Source: Eledone cirrhosa (lineage: Eukaryota). From it: 64,000 nucleotides of DNA. The translations under genes were made by a program, and so were the position numbers. Numbering within the stretch: the stretch's first letter is position 1; the number at the start of each line of letters is the position of its first letter. Location: positions 258,788,001 through 258,852,000 of the forward strand of contig OZ024743.1 of the NCBI GenBank assembly GCA_964016885.1, in the 5' to 3' direction. This document shows, one piece after another, positions 37,004-53,175 of this stretch. Under the pieces are notes generated by a model that saw only the letters and a program-made list of their open reading frames with translations, ran no database searches and had not been told where the DNA came from.

Positions 37004-38035
37004 TATTCAATTCTTTATCAATTTAGAATCTTTTCTCAAAGGCACATATACATACACCTCTTTAAAATATACCCATCTTCCTACCTTACTTCAAAGGGCA
37101 TTATACACTCTATAATACTTGTTTACTCATTACCCTCTTTCTATCTTCACCTTGTAAAATCCTTCATAACATATACATTTGTTTTTTTGACGTTAGAATA
37201 TTCATCCGCAATTATTATTATTTTTTCTCTCTATCATAAAACTTTTTAATCTCAATTTCATCCTTAATTTATTATTTTTTTCTCCCCATCAACGAACTCA
37301 TTCTTAATACATATTAACTCTTTATTTGCACATATCAATTCCTTCAATATACAAACTCTAACTTCACATTATTTTTCTCAAATCCTTCTACACACAAACC
37401 TTAATAATTTTTTTTCTCTTCGTTAATTTTGAAATTGCCACAATACTTATCAACATACACTTTTTTTGACGTTAGAATATTCATCCACAATTATTATTTT
37501 TTTCTCTCTATCTTCATACATAAATTCCCTTCGTTAATTTTCAAATTCATTTAATTTATACATTATCTTCCAACGGTTCTCAACCTCTCTATGTAAAACA
37601 ATATATCTTTTCTCAGTTATAAAAACTATCTCTTTCTCTCTATCACCCATCTCTCCCTCTCCACCTTCACTCTCATCTCCTCCCCCTTTTTTCATCCTTT
37701 CCACCCCTCCTCCCTAAATAAAATATTTTTTCCTCGTACATATCTTCCCTTCGTTAATTTTCAAATTCTTTTAATTTATACATTATCTTCCAACGGTTTT
37801 CAATCTCTCTATGTAAAACAATATATCTTCTCTCAGTTATAAAAACTATCTCTTTCTCTCTATCACCCATCTCTCCCTCTCATCTCCTCCCCTTTTTCAT
37901 CCTTTCCACCCCCCCCCCTCTCTAAATAAAATATTTTTCCCAATATCACACATCAATCTAAAACCACTTTTCATATGTTGATTTAAAACTGCACTATCCA
38001 CAAGTGTTTTTTAGCCTTCATATCATGTTCTCCTG

Positions 38036-38102
38036 TTTTATCTGATGAAAACACAAATATTATTGCATGATGATGTTTGTTTTTGAAATGCGCATAATAA
38101 AA
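38036..38102 (+). ncRNA. Type I hammerhead in the Penelope pLTR (inverted copy at 34291-34357, minus strand)
   Basis: ttttat-CTGATGA-stem II-GAAA-tgcgca-TA-ataaaa; palindromic stem III. Confidence 0.8.
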
Positions 38103-38566
38103 TACATGGAACTCCTTTAACCATCTTTTGATCTTATATTATGTATACTCCAGTCCTACAAACTGTAGAGTGCTTCTTATCCGATATCTGCATTGCTTTA
38201 TTGTACTACAATAAAACTCACCTCCTACATTATATGTGTGTATATATATACACACACATATAAAAATGATAAAACTCATTGCTAAAACAGCTGTTAAAGC
38301 AGATAAATGTTGTCAAAGATGATGATGGGCAAAAATGCCTCAGGGGACAGAGACCAGCAGCCAGTGATCAACTGCAAGACAATCCACTTTCATCTGCCTG
38401 TCACCCACCTTGTGGATTGTCTCTCATACATCTACGTCCTACACCCACATATATATATAAATACAAATATTGATCTATCTCAAATAGGGCTCAGATTGAC
38501 TATAGGGAATATCATATTAGAGTATCTTAAAATAAAGGAATCTATATGTGTATCATATATACCTAG

Positions 38567-38604
<38 letters not shown>

Positions 38605-38629
38605 TGATGATTATATGAAACATACATAC

Positions 38630-38719
38630 CTTGGAGTCTAGAGTGAACATTCCAGTAAATTTAAGTGGAGCAACACTAAATAGGGCAATGACTTTACAGA
38701 CTGTTTTGTTTTGGTCAGG
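38630..38719 (-). CDS. DCAF17: DCAF17-like exon
   Basis: ttttag|PDQNKTVCKVIALFSVAPLKFTGMFTLDSK|gtatgt. Confidence 0.85.
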
Positions 38720-39479
38720 CTAAAAGAAAAGTAGTAGTGGTGTTGTAATGGTAGTAGTGGTGGTGGTGGTGGTAGTAATGGAGATAGTAGCAGTAGTGTG
38801 GTTGTGATAGTAGTAGTAGTAGTAGTAGTAGTAGTAAAGACTAGTGTTAATAGCAATAATATTGGTGGCGGCTGTTGTAGTGGTAGTAGTTGAAACGGTA
38901 GTCCATTAAGAGCAGACCATGACCAGTTTTATTTTGTTAGTGTTTTTTTTTTTTGTGGTAGACTAGAAGTTGCCCATCATATATGCAAGTCTCTCTTTTT
39001 CACGTGCCCTTCCTAATGCCAACCATTTTGCAGCATGTACCAGTTTATTTTCTTGTGGTATCAATACTACCACTTGATTAAGAAGGCTGAATGCATTTAT
39101 CATGACACCAGCACTTCTGATGGCATGATAAAAGGCACTCAGCTTAGACTGTAAAAATAAAATGAATCCAGCCCTCTTAATCAAGTGGTAGTATTGGTAC
39201 CACAAGAAAACAAATAGGTACACACTGTGAAGTGGTTGGCATTAGGAAGGGCATCCAGCCATAGAAACCATACCAAATTGGAGCAACATTACAGACTGTC
39301 TTGTTTTGGTTATCTGATCTGTCTGTCTAGCCCCAAAACATGACAACCTGTCTAACTCATGCAAATGTGGAAAATAGACATAAAATGGTGATGATGATGT
39401 TGGGGCATAAATGAACATCACGACGACAGGTGTCAAATGTTAATGAAAGACACATGATTAAAGAAAGATCAGTACATAC

Positions 39480-39549
39480 CTGTGAGATTGTTGTGACAGT
39501 GGTCGATGAGATTGCAATAGAATACTGAGGGTCATCCCATTCTATTGTC
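39480..39549 (-). CDS. DCAF17: DCAF17-like exon
   Basis: ttccag|g TIEWDDPQYSIAISSTTVTTISQ|gtatgt; resembles LSWDTPQEVIAV. Confidence 0.88.
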
Positions 39550-39655
39550 CTGGAAAAATAACATTTGGCAATTGAGAAGACAAACAAGGATGATGGAAAT
39601 AGAGCCAATTAGAGATATTATTTAAAAAAATGGAAAAAGATGGTTGAGTCATGTG

Positions 39656-39883
39656 TTAACCCTTTAGCATTTACATTACTCTATATTTACTATTATATTT
39701 TCACAGTAAAGGCCTTATCTCACATAATATCTCACATAATATCGAATCTATGAGATTTTGATATTATTTATTTTGAGAACAATACCTTATCATCAGTATG
39801 AGCAGCTGGTTACAGCCGGTTTGAACAAAAAGAGGTGAGAGAATTCTGGGTCAGATGTGGCCGGTTTAAAACCTAAAGGGTTA
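39656..39883. mobile_element. TTAA/piggyBac-like MITE
   Basis: TTAA-ccctttag ... ctaaaggg-TTAA. Confidence 0.8.
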
Positions 39884-40305
39884 AGGAAGGTTGAAAGTGA
39901 CTGGGTGATGAGAATAGGAGCCAGTGAGGGGTGTTATGAAAATAAATGGAATGGATCATATGTTGAGAAAGAATGAAAATGACTGAGTGAAAGAAATAGA
40001 GCAAGTGATGAATGAAATGGCTGGGTCAATGTGTTGAGGAAAGATGAAAGTGAATGAATAAGAGGAATACAGCCAGAGATGAATGTTGTGAAGAAAAACA
40101 GAATCAGATGAAAATGAGATGGCTAGGTCATGTATTGAAGAAGGGTGAAAATGGCTGGGTGATGGTTGTGGTGGTGATAGTAGTAGTAGTGGTGGTAGTG
40201 GTGGTGATAGTAGTAGTAGTGGTGGTAGTGGTGGTGATAGTAGTAGTAGTAATGGTGGTGTATCACACACACACACACACACACAAAAATGCTTGAAAAA
40301 CTCAC

Positions 40306-40442
40306 CTGAAATGAAGTTTCCCAGATAAGAACACTTTGTTAAGCATCCCTCCTGTCTCTGCACACACACGTACAAGGGTGTTTTTGTTAGATATCCCAAT
40401 AATTGAGCTTTTGTAGCACATGTTGGTGTTGGGGTTGATTTC
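40306..40442 (-). CDS. DCAF17: DCAF17-like exon
   Basis: cttcag|EINPNTNMCYKSSIIGISNKNTLVRVCAETGGMLNKVFLSGKLHF ag|gtgagt; resembles YKSSLIALTAHNWLLRISATTG. Confidence 0.9.
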
Positions 40443-40895
40443 CTGAAGTAAAACAATGTTAATTAATTGACAAATATAACTAGCGATCAGCTAACTCTTT
40501 CTATTGCCATAGACACCAGTGAAGCCTGGATTGTTAACCCTTTCATTACCATGTTTTTAAAGAAAGACACTGTTTATGATTTTTTTAATAATTTTGAAAA
40601 TAAACAAGAATTTAGAGGAATCTAGAAATATAACTCTCTCATTATTAATCTGGTGTGGTGGATTGGCAGTATCGGTAGAGGGTCGGACACCATGCTTTGA
40701 CGCATAGAGTTACGGCCCTTGCCATTCTGAGTTCAAATCCCGCCGAGGTTAACTTTGCCTTTCATCCTTACAGGGTCGATAAAATAAAGTACCAGTAATG
40801 CACTGGGATAATTGCTGGCCTTGTGCCAAAAGTAGAAACAATTATTAATCTGGTGTTTGGAACATAACTTAAAGGTTCTTACATTATATATATAT

Positions 40896-41160
40896 ATGCA
40901 GAAGTTATATTTAATTTGTTGGGATTCAACAAGCTTAAAAGTTTTATAACTGATATAAAGCACTCAACAGTTTACTGGAGTGAATATTCAATATATTAAT
41001 AAATAGAAAACTATATTTATAAAACCATAATTATATTATATATATTTCAAGGGCAACCAAGGCAATTTTGGTGCGCTTTCACCAGATAAAATACAAAATA
41101 TGTTTTATAAATGTTGACATACACGTAGAAAAACAACCTTGACGGTTGAAGGTTCTTTGC
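40896..41160 (-). mobile_element. Solo Penelope pLTR-like fragment with hammerhead (CTGGTGA variant, about 41030-41093)
   Basis: Same family as 62635-62900; related to the pLTR of the 52699 element. Confidence 0.7.
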
Positions 41161-41194
41161 TGTATACATATATATATATATATATATACATTCA

Positions 41195-41412
41195 TTTAAT
41201 TTATTAATTTATTGATATTTTATTTGAGTGACCCGAATCTTCCTGGTCGTTCTTTTTCGGCTGCACGGGTGATTTTAGGCATGATCTCTATGTGTTGGTA
41301 ATTTAACGATGGTTATAGCTCTGATTTATCCAAATTATTGAGCCCTCTGCCACACATGTCGGATATTGTTTATCGTGATTTCGTGGGCTGATATTCCGAT
41401 TCTCGATTATTT

Positions 41413-41415
<3 letters not shown>
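41195..41415. repeat. Unclassified about 220-bp dispersed repeat between TA arrays (relative at about 48745-48977)
   Basis: Shared cccgaatcttcc and gttatagctctgatt..ttattgagccctctgcc blocks. Confidence 0.7.
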
Positions 41416-41480
<65 letters not shown>

Positions 41481-42068
41481 TCATGATCATTTAATGCTTA
41501 TTTTCCATGCTTTGCATGGTTTAGACAGGTTGTCAGACTATGAGACAAGTCAGGTCAGATGACCATGTCTTGTTCATATGAATCTGTATTCTGGCTTGGT
41601 TTCTACAGCTGTATGCCCTCCTAATGCCAACTACATTATTGATTATCAGGTTCTTATATAAAATTATGATGGAAGGGTTTTAGATAAATACAATCATAAC
41701 ACCAGGTGTATCTCAGTTTTTAGAATAGGTTCACAGTATCCCTGTGTATTGTAAGAGACAACTAAAAGGGTTGGTGTCAAAAAGGGCATCCAGCTTTAAA
41801 GCATTGACTCAAAACATCCCATCCAAATCTGGAAAATAAATGAAAAACATTGATGATGATTATGTATATGTGTAGCCATGTCTGTATTTACAGTCACTGT
41901 TTGTTTGTATCCCCTAACTTTCAACAAATAAAAATCAGTACCAGACTTTTAGAAATAAATATGTAGTGGGATCAATAGGATCAATTAAAACCAATTCAAG
42001 GCAGTGGCCCAACATAGCCACAGTTTAGTAACTGAAACCATTAAAAGAACAAAAAGGAATAAACTTAC

Positions 42069-42141
42069 CAAGGCCCCACAACAGTATAAAATATCACTCA
42101 ATTTGTTATGATGAGAATCTTGCCAAATTTTAGTCCCCCAA
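42069..42141 (-). CDS. DCAF17: DCAF17-like exon
   Basis: ttttcag|t WGTKIWQDSHHNKLSDILYCCGAL|gtaagt. Confidence 0.75.
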
Positions 42142-42694
42142 CTGAAAAGAGCAAAAGATGGAAATAATCTATCTAGTAAAGCTCGTGTACATGTAGTGTA
42201 AAACGTCTGTCACTGGAAAGTTATAAGTGGATGGAAGATGTGGTAGAGGAAGATCAAAGAAGGATTAGGCAGACGTTGTGAGAGCTGATCTCATGATGCT
42301 GAACCTTACAAAGGAGATGACAATGGAAATAAATATGTGTAGAGATGCTGTACTGGAGAGGGCTTGTTTAACACATGCAAGTATACAAAGACAGACTTAA
42401 AGATATAAGTTGAATATATTTTATACATATACAACTGTGCATGTATGTATATATCATAGACTGAGCAACAAAAAGTGATATCTAGTAACATGAAGAGGGT
42501 AGCAACATGGAAAAACTGTTAAAGTATTGGAAGAAATGCTTCTGCCTCTTTATATTCTGAGTTCAAATCCCACTGCTGTTAACTTTATCTTTCATTTGGT
42601 CATGTACTGAGATTGATGTAATTGACTTACCCTTCCCCACAAATTATTGACCATGTACCTAGATTAAGAAACAGTTTAGTAAACAGGAACTTAC

Positions 42695-42736
42695 CAATCA
42701 TAACATGTTAGGCAGTTCTTCAGAAATATATAGTCC
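42695..42736 (-). CDS. DCAF17: DCAF17-like exon (most 5' exon found)
   Basis: atttcag|g DYIFLKNCLTCYD tg|gtaagt; resembles IYFDNYRRC. Confidence 0.7.
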
Positions 42737-42778
42737 CTGAAATACAGAATGAAAACAAAATCTACAATCTTAACCTTG

Positions 42779-42810
<32 letters not shown>

Positions 42811-42848
42811 GAATACACAAGAATCATAGCTGTGTTAGAACATTTAAT

Positions 42849-42895
42849 TGCTGACAATTGTTTCTTCCAAGCCTAGGCTTGCAGTCTTCAGAGCA
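42849..42895 (-). ncRNA. Type I hammerhead motif
   Basis: tgct-CTGAAGA-(caagcc ta ggcttg)-GAAA-caattg-TC-agca; GUC site. Confidence 0.75.
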
Positions 42896-43096
42896 TTATT
42901 AATTATGTTTTTACATATAATCAGCCTCCTATTCTGCTGAAGAGTCATACAGATACATATTGTGGACAACAGTGTGTGATGGGTAAGATTCAAAATTACA
43001 ATTAAAAGCTTTTGGTGGAGCATCTGACAGATAATACAAGAGCGTCTAGTACATAAATAAAATTAAAGAGACAGTCTCTTTAATTTTATATATATA

Positions 43097-43117
43097 TATA
43101 TACATATCAGTCTCTTT

Positions 43118-43184
<67 letters not shown>

Positions 43185-43701
43185 ACATATACATATATAT
43201 ACATATACATTTATATATATATATACATTTATATATATATACATATACATATACATATATATACATATACATTTATATATATATATACATTTATATATAT
43301 ATACATATACATTTATATATATATATACATATACATTTATATATATATATACATTTATATATATATACATATACATTTATATATATATATACATATACAT
43401 ATATATTTATATATATATATACATATACATTTATATATATATATACATTTATATATATATATACATATATACATATACATTTATATATATATATACATAT
43501 ACATTTATATATATATATACATATACATTTATATATATATATACATATACATTTATATATATATATACATATATATATATACATATACATATATATATAT
43601 ACATATATATATACATATATACATATATATATACATATATATACATATACATATATATATACATATATACATATACATATATATACATATACATATATAT
43701 T

Positions 43702-43733
<32 letters not shown>

Positions 43734-43804
43734 TATATATATATATACATACATATACATATATATTTATATATATATATACATACATATACATATATAT
43801 TTAT

Positions 43805-43839
<35 letters not shown>

Positions 43840-44036
43840 TATATATACATATACATATATATTTATATATATATACATATATATAAATATATATATATAC
43901 ATATACATATATATTTATATATATATATACATATACATTTATATATACATATACATTTATATATACATATACATATACATTTATATATACATATACATAT
44001 ACATTTATATATACATATACATATATATTTATATAT
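43097..44036. repeat. Complex (TA)n/TACA/TTTA array
   Basis: Direct reading. Confidence 0.95.
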
Positions 44037-45013
44037 GAGAGACGTAAAATAAGAAAATTATAAAATTAACTTACTAAAAAATCACTTCCAATTAATTAGT
44101 TTCTGGAATGGAGTAAATATATTTTCCGAAGAAACATATAGAAAATCATCCCATCATCAGGAAAGTCTTTTTCCGTATAGGTCTCCAGGCATAGCGAGGA
44201 CACTGGAAACTTATTAAAAAAATAATTCAGTGGAATGGAAATAGCGGAGCGTGGACTGGATTCTAAGCCATTGAAAAAAATCACTGCCTCTTCGTCTGTG
44301 GCAAATTCAAAAAGAATCAATCACGTAAGTAAGTTAATTTTATAATTTTCTTATTTTACGTCTCTCATATTATTGTTCTGCAACCGCATGCATTGAACCA
44401 CATTGTTAATAAGACAAAACCTATATATTTGCTAGCATTGATATGCATCTGTGTGTATATAAATGTTACTAGATATAAATTCCTTATAATTATCTCCAAT
44501 TCATTTGTCGAGCAATATTTGGCCATGACTGCTACTATGGTAGTAAGCTGGCCGCTGTCTTAATAACCACTCGCTTTCCACTGATTGACCTCGATGTCAC
44601 GTGATTGATTCTTTTTGAATTTGCCACAGACGAAGAGGCAGTGATTTTCTCAATGGCTTGGAATCCAGTCCACGCTCCACTATTTCCATTCCACTGAATT
44701 ATTTTTTTAATAAGTTTCCAGTGTCCTCGCTATGCCTGGAGACCTATACGGAAAAAGACTTTTCTGATGACGGAATGATTTTCTATATGTTTCTTCGGAA
44801 AATATATTTACTCCATTCCAGAAACTAATTAGTTGGAAGTGATTTTTTAGTAAGTAAGTTAATTTTATAATTTTCTTATTTTACGTCTCTCATATTATTG
44901 TTCTGCAACCCCATGCATTGAACCACATTGTTTATAAGACAAAACCTATATATTTGCTAGCATTGATATGCATCTGTGTGCTATATAAATGTTACTAGAT
45001 ATAAATTCCTTAT
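44034..45013 (+). mobile_element. Non-coding Penelope/retrozyme-like element: inverted copy plus 525-bp partial tandem
   Basis: 44034-44326 is the reverse complement of about 44599-44895; 44326-44488 is repeated at 44851-45013. Confidence 0.8.
44758..44840 (+). ncRNA. Type I hammerhead motif (inverted copy at 44084-44166)
   Basis: actttt-CTGATGA-(ggaatg..cattcc)-GAAA-ctaattag-TT-ggaagt. Confidence 0.72.
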
Positions 45014-47089
<2,076 letters not shown>

Positions 47090-48330
47090 ATCATCATCAT
47101 CATCAACGTTTAACGTCCGTGTTCCACGCTTGCATGGGTTTGGACGGGGGTAGTCCCACTTGAGGCAAGAGTGATTGTCTTGCTCGCATAGGACTGTCTG
47201 GCAGGTTTTCTACAGTTGGATGCCCTTCCTAACACCAACCACATTTACAGTGTGGGTCTGGGAGGTTTTTACCGTGTTGCCTACACGGCCACATTACAGC
47301 GTGGACTGTGTGTTTTTTTGTCGTGACACCTACACGATCTCATTTGTTTCGGCCTGGATGGCGCGGCACCAACATAACTTTACATAGAACGGGGTGTTGT
47401 GGATGGGGTGGGGGTGGTGGCGGGACGGGGTGTATTTTGTTAGAGATGCCTACTGGCAAGGCGGGTCTTCTCTGTTACTGAGTACCGCCAAAGGTCTCGG
47501 TCCAGTGACATTGTCTTGGAGAGGTGTAAGTGTGTGAGGTCGGAGTTTATCAGCTCATCCTAGGTTTTTCTAGGTCTGCCTATTCCGTGGCTACCGTCTA
47601 TCTTTATTGCCCTGCACTTTGTTATACAGCTATCGACTTTCATGCGCATCACGTGTCCATACCAACGCAGCCTTCTCTCGAGTAAACAACATCTGATCCC
47701 TCTTATCTCTAATTTTTTCCTTAGTTCGTTTATACTTTGCCGTTCACGTATATTACTGTTACACATCCAGCGGAGCATGCAAGCTTCGTTCCTCTCTAGT
47801 CTGCGTATATCCTCTGCACACAATGCCCAGGTCTCACTACCATGTAACATTGCTGTTCGTATGCAGGCATCGTACAACCTGCCTTTCATTTTTAGGGAGA
47901 ACCCTTTAGCAGCTAATAGTGGTATAAGCTCTCTGAACTTTTTCCAACCAGTTCTGACTCTAGCTACAGTACTTTCAGAGCACCCTCCCCCACTGCTGAT
48001 TTTATCGCGCAGGTAACGGAAGCTGTCCACTATTTCTATAGAACCCTCTGCGCAATTGAAAGAGCTAGTATTTTGTGGGCACTTGCTGCTACTTATTGCA
48101 CCAGAGCACTGGCCACATGTAAAATCTATGTTCTTAGTTAGCTTACCTGTGATACCACTACATCTTTTATGCACCCATACTTTGCATTTAGAACATAAAA
48201 TGGAGTTTCTACCTACGCCTTTCCTACACACCGAGCACGACCATTTCCCAGAAGGGACCGCCACCTTGTTTTCTTTCCTACAAACTAGAACTTTGGTCTT
48301 AGCCAGGTTAATTTTAAGTCCTTTTGACTC
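47090..48330 (-). mobile_element. 5'-truncated RTE copy, nearly identical to the 23125 element
   Basis: Same Cys finger and C-terminus; premature stop; (CAT)n tail. Confidence 0.92.
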
Positions 48331-49122
48331 TATATATACATATATATTTATATATATATATACATATATATTTATATATACATATATATTTATATATACA
48401 TATATATTTATATATACATATATATATTTATATATACATATATATATTTATATATACATATATATATTTATATATACATATATATATTTATATATACATA
48501 TATATATTTATATATACATATATATTTATATATACATATATATATTTATATATACATATATATTTATATATATATATACATATATATTTATATATATATA
48601 TACATATATATTTATATATATATATACATATATATTTATATATATATATACATATATATTTATATATATACATATATATTTATATATATACATATATATT
48701 TATATATATACATATATATTTATATATATACATATATTTTACATTCATTTAAATTATTGACGTATTGTTTTATTGATATTTTTTATCTGTTTGGCCCGAA
48801 TCTTCCTTTATCGATTTTAAATCGTATGGTTGATTGTAGACTTGTTCTATATGTGACGGTATTTTAACGATAGTTATAGCTCTGATTCATCTGAATTATT
48901 GAGCCCTCTGCCGCTCATATCGGATTTCGTTTTTCGTTAACTCGTGCGCCGATTTTTCGATACTCGATCTTTCTAATATATATTTATATATACATATATA
49001 TTTATATATACATATATATTTATATATACATATATATTTATATATACATATATATTTATATATACATATATATTTATATATACATATATATTTATATATA
49101 CATATATATTTATATATACATA

Positions 49123-49154
<32 letters not shown>

Positions 49155-49330
49155 CATATATATATATATACATATATATATATACATATATATTTATATA
49201 TATTTATATATACATATATATATATACATATATTTATATATGTATATGTATATATATATATACATATATATTTATATACATATATATTTATATATACATA
49301 TATATTTATATATATATATATACATATATT

Positions 49331-49364
<34 letters not shown>

Positions 49365-49412
49365 CACATATATATATATATATATACATATATATTTATA
49401 TATATATATATT

Positions 49413-49446
<34 letters not shown>

Positions 49447-49651
49447 CATATACATATTTATATATATATATACATATATTTATATATATATATACATATA
49501 TTTATATATATATATATACATATATTTATATATATATATACATATATTTATATATATATATACATATATTTATATATATATATACATATATTTATATATA
49601 TATATACATATATTTATATATATATATACATATATTTATATATATATATAC

Positions 49652-49686
<35 letters not shown>

Positions 49687-49914
49687 CATATATATATTTA
49701 TATATACACATACATATATATTTATATATATATATACATATATATTTATATATATATATACATATATATTTATATATATATATACATATATATTTATATA
49801 TATACATATATATTTATATATATATATACATATACATATATATTTATATATATATATACATATACATATATATTTATATATATACATATGTATTTATATA
49901 TATACATATATATT

Positions 49915-49946
<32 letters not shown>

Positions 49947-50128
49947 CATATATATTTATATATATATATATACATATATATATACATATATATATATATA
50001 CATATTTATATATATATATACATATTTATATATATATATACATATATATTTATATATATATATATATACATATATATATACATATATAAACATATATATA
50101 TACATATAAACATATATATATACATATA
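48331..50128. repeat. (TA)n/TACA/TTTA arrays with a unique island at 48745-48977
   Basis: Direct reading. Confidence 0.9.
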
Positions 50129-50473
50129 TGGAGGCACATGGCTTAGTGGTTAGAGCGTTGGCCTTGCAATCGAAAGGTTGTGAGTTCAATTCTCAGACCG
50201 GGTGATGTGTTGTTTCCTTGAGCAAGACACTTTATTTCACATTGCTCCAGTTTACTCAGCTGTAGAAATGAGATGATAGGGACTGGGGTCCCTATCATTC
50301 CACTGTAAAGTGGTCGTGGAGGTGCCACGGCAAAAAAAGCACCCAGCACTCACTGTAAATGAGGTTGGTGTTAGGAAGGGCATCCAGCTGTAGAAATCAA
50401 GCCAGAATCAATTCTCGTCCCACCCTTGCAAGCAGGGAAAAGCGGACGTAAAATGATGATGATGATGATGATG
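50129..50473 (+). mobile_element. SINE family A, full length
   Basis: Same structure as the copy at 26962. Confidence 0.85.
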
Positions 50474-50647
50474 ATATATATATAAACATATACATATAAA
50501 CATATAAACATATATATATACATATATATATATACATATATATATACATATATATATATACATATATATATACATATATATATACATATATATATAAACA
50601 TATATATATATATACATATAAACATATATATATATATACATATAAAC

Positions 50648-50680
<33 letters not shown>

Positions 50681-50682
50681 CA

Positions 50683-51080
50683 TACAATATTAAATAAATC
50701 GAAACTATATTTATAAAACCATATTTATTTCATTATATATATTTCGGGGATATCATATTAACAATATGCTATGCCTTCCTCAGACAAAATACAATATAAA
50801 CAGTTTTATAGATAAATAGATTCGACATACCGTTATAACACCGACTTCCATTTGAATCTATTTATCTATAAAACTGTTTATATTGTATTTTGTCTGAGGA
50901 AGGCATAGCATATTGTTAATATATCCCCGAAATATATATAATGAAATAAATATGGTTTTATAAATATAGTTTCCATTTATTTAATATTGTAAATATACTC
51001 CAAATATTTGTCGAGTGCTTTTATATCAGTTATAAATATTTACTAGTTGTAACCCAACAATTTTAAATATAACTTTCCAT
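50683..51080 (+). mobile_element. Palindromic pLTR-only Penelope derivative with hammerheads (50886-50948 plus strand, 50726-50791 minus strand)
   Basis: Arms 50683-50824 / 50854-50991; tattttgt-CTGAGGA..GAAA-tatata-TA-atgaaata; the tail matches the 5'UTR at 53044. Confidence 0.8.
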
Positions 51081-52590
51081 ATATATATACATATATATAT
51101 ATGTATACATATATATATACTTATATATATATGTATACATATATATATACTTATATATATATGTATACATATATATATATATACATATACATATACATAT
51201 ATATATACATATATATATATATACATATACATATACATATATATATACATATATATATACATATATATATACATATATATATACATATATATATATACAT
51301 ATATATATACATATATATATACATATATATATATACATATATATATATACATATATATATATACATATATATATATACATATATATATATACATATATAT
51401 ATACATATATATATACATATATATATATACATATATATATACATATATATATATACATATATATATACATATATATATATACATATATATATATACATAT
51501 ATATATACATATATATATATACATATATATATACATATATATATATACATATATATATATACATATATATACATATATATATACATATATATATATACAT
51601 ATATATATACATATATATATACATATATATATATACATATATATATATACATATATATATATACATATATACATATATATATATACATATATATATACAT
51701 ATATATATATACATATATATATACATATATATATATACATATATATATACATATATATATATACATATATATATATACATATATATATATACATATACAT
51801 ATATACATATATATATATACATATACATATATACATATATACATATATACATATATACATATATATATATACATATATATATATACATATATATATACAT
51901 ATATATATACATATATATATACATATATATATATACATATATATATACATATATATATATACATATATATATATACATATATATATACATATATATATAT
52001 ACATATATATATATACATATATATATATACATATATATACATATATATACATATATATATATACATATATATATATATACATATATACATATATACATAT
52101 ATACATATATACATATATATATATACATATATATATATACATATATATATATACATATATATATACATATATATATATACATATATATATACATATATAT
52201 ATACATATATATATATACATATATATATATACATATATATATACATATATATATATACATATATATATATACATATATATATATACATATATATATATAC
52301 ATATATATATATACATATATATATATACATATATATATATACATATATATATACATATATATATATACATATATATATATACATATATATATACATATAT
52401 ATATATACATATATATATACATATATATATATACATATATATATACATATATATATATACATATATATATATATACATATATATATATACATATACATAT
52501 ATACATATATACATATATACATATATACATATATATATATACATATATATATACATATATATATACATATATATATACATATATATATAC

Positions 52591-52623
<33 letters not shown>

Positions 52624-52698
52624 CATATATACATATATATATATATACATACATATATATATACATACATATATATATATATACATATATATATATAT
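51081..52698. repeat. About 1.6-kb (TA)nCA array
   Basis: Direct reading. Confidence 0.95.
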
Positions 52699-53175
52699 GT
52701 AAAAGTTCTATTTAAATTATTGGGATACAAGTAAATCTTTTTATAACTGATATAAAGCAATCGACAAATATTTGGAGTAGATATACGATATTAATAAATG
52801 GAAACTATATTTATAAAACCATATTTATTTCATTATACATATTTCAGGGATACCAAATTAAATTATGGTATTCCTTCATCAGACAAAATACAATATATAA
52901 CAGTTTTACAAATAAGCTTTGACGTACCCTTTTAAAATGTAACCATTATTTTTGGAGGCCATCTGGATAGTGAATTGTTTATATTATTTTAATAAGTCTT
53001 AGTGTTAAGGACAATTAGAAAAAGACGGAGAGAAAGAAAAAAAACTCCAAATACTTGTCGAGTGCTTTATATCAGTTATAAAAATATTTACTTGTTGTAT
53101 CCCAACAATTTAAATAGAAATTTTGCATATATTCTGCTCCTGTATTGTTGAGCGCTTGACATTATAACTGAAAAA

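Larger units (their letters stand above)
34251..38230 (+). mobile_element. Penelope-like element (Naiad-like), 5'-truncated, with inverted pLTR
   Basis: 34251-34968 is the reverse complement of about 37425-38142; 34969-35151 is the reverse complement of 35318-35499; RT + GIY-YIG ORF; hammerhead in the pLTR. Confidence 0.92.
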
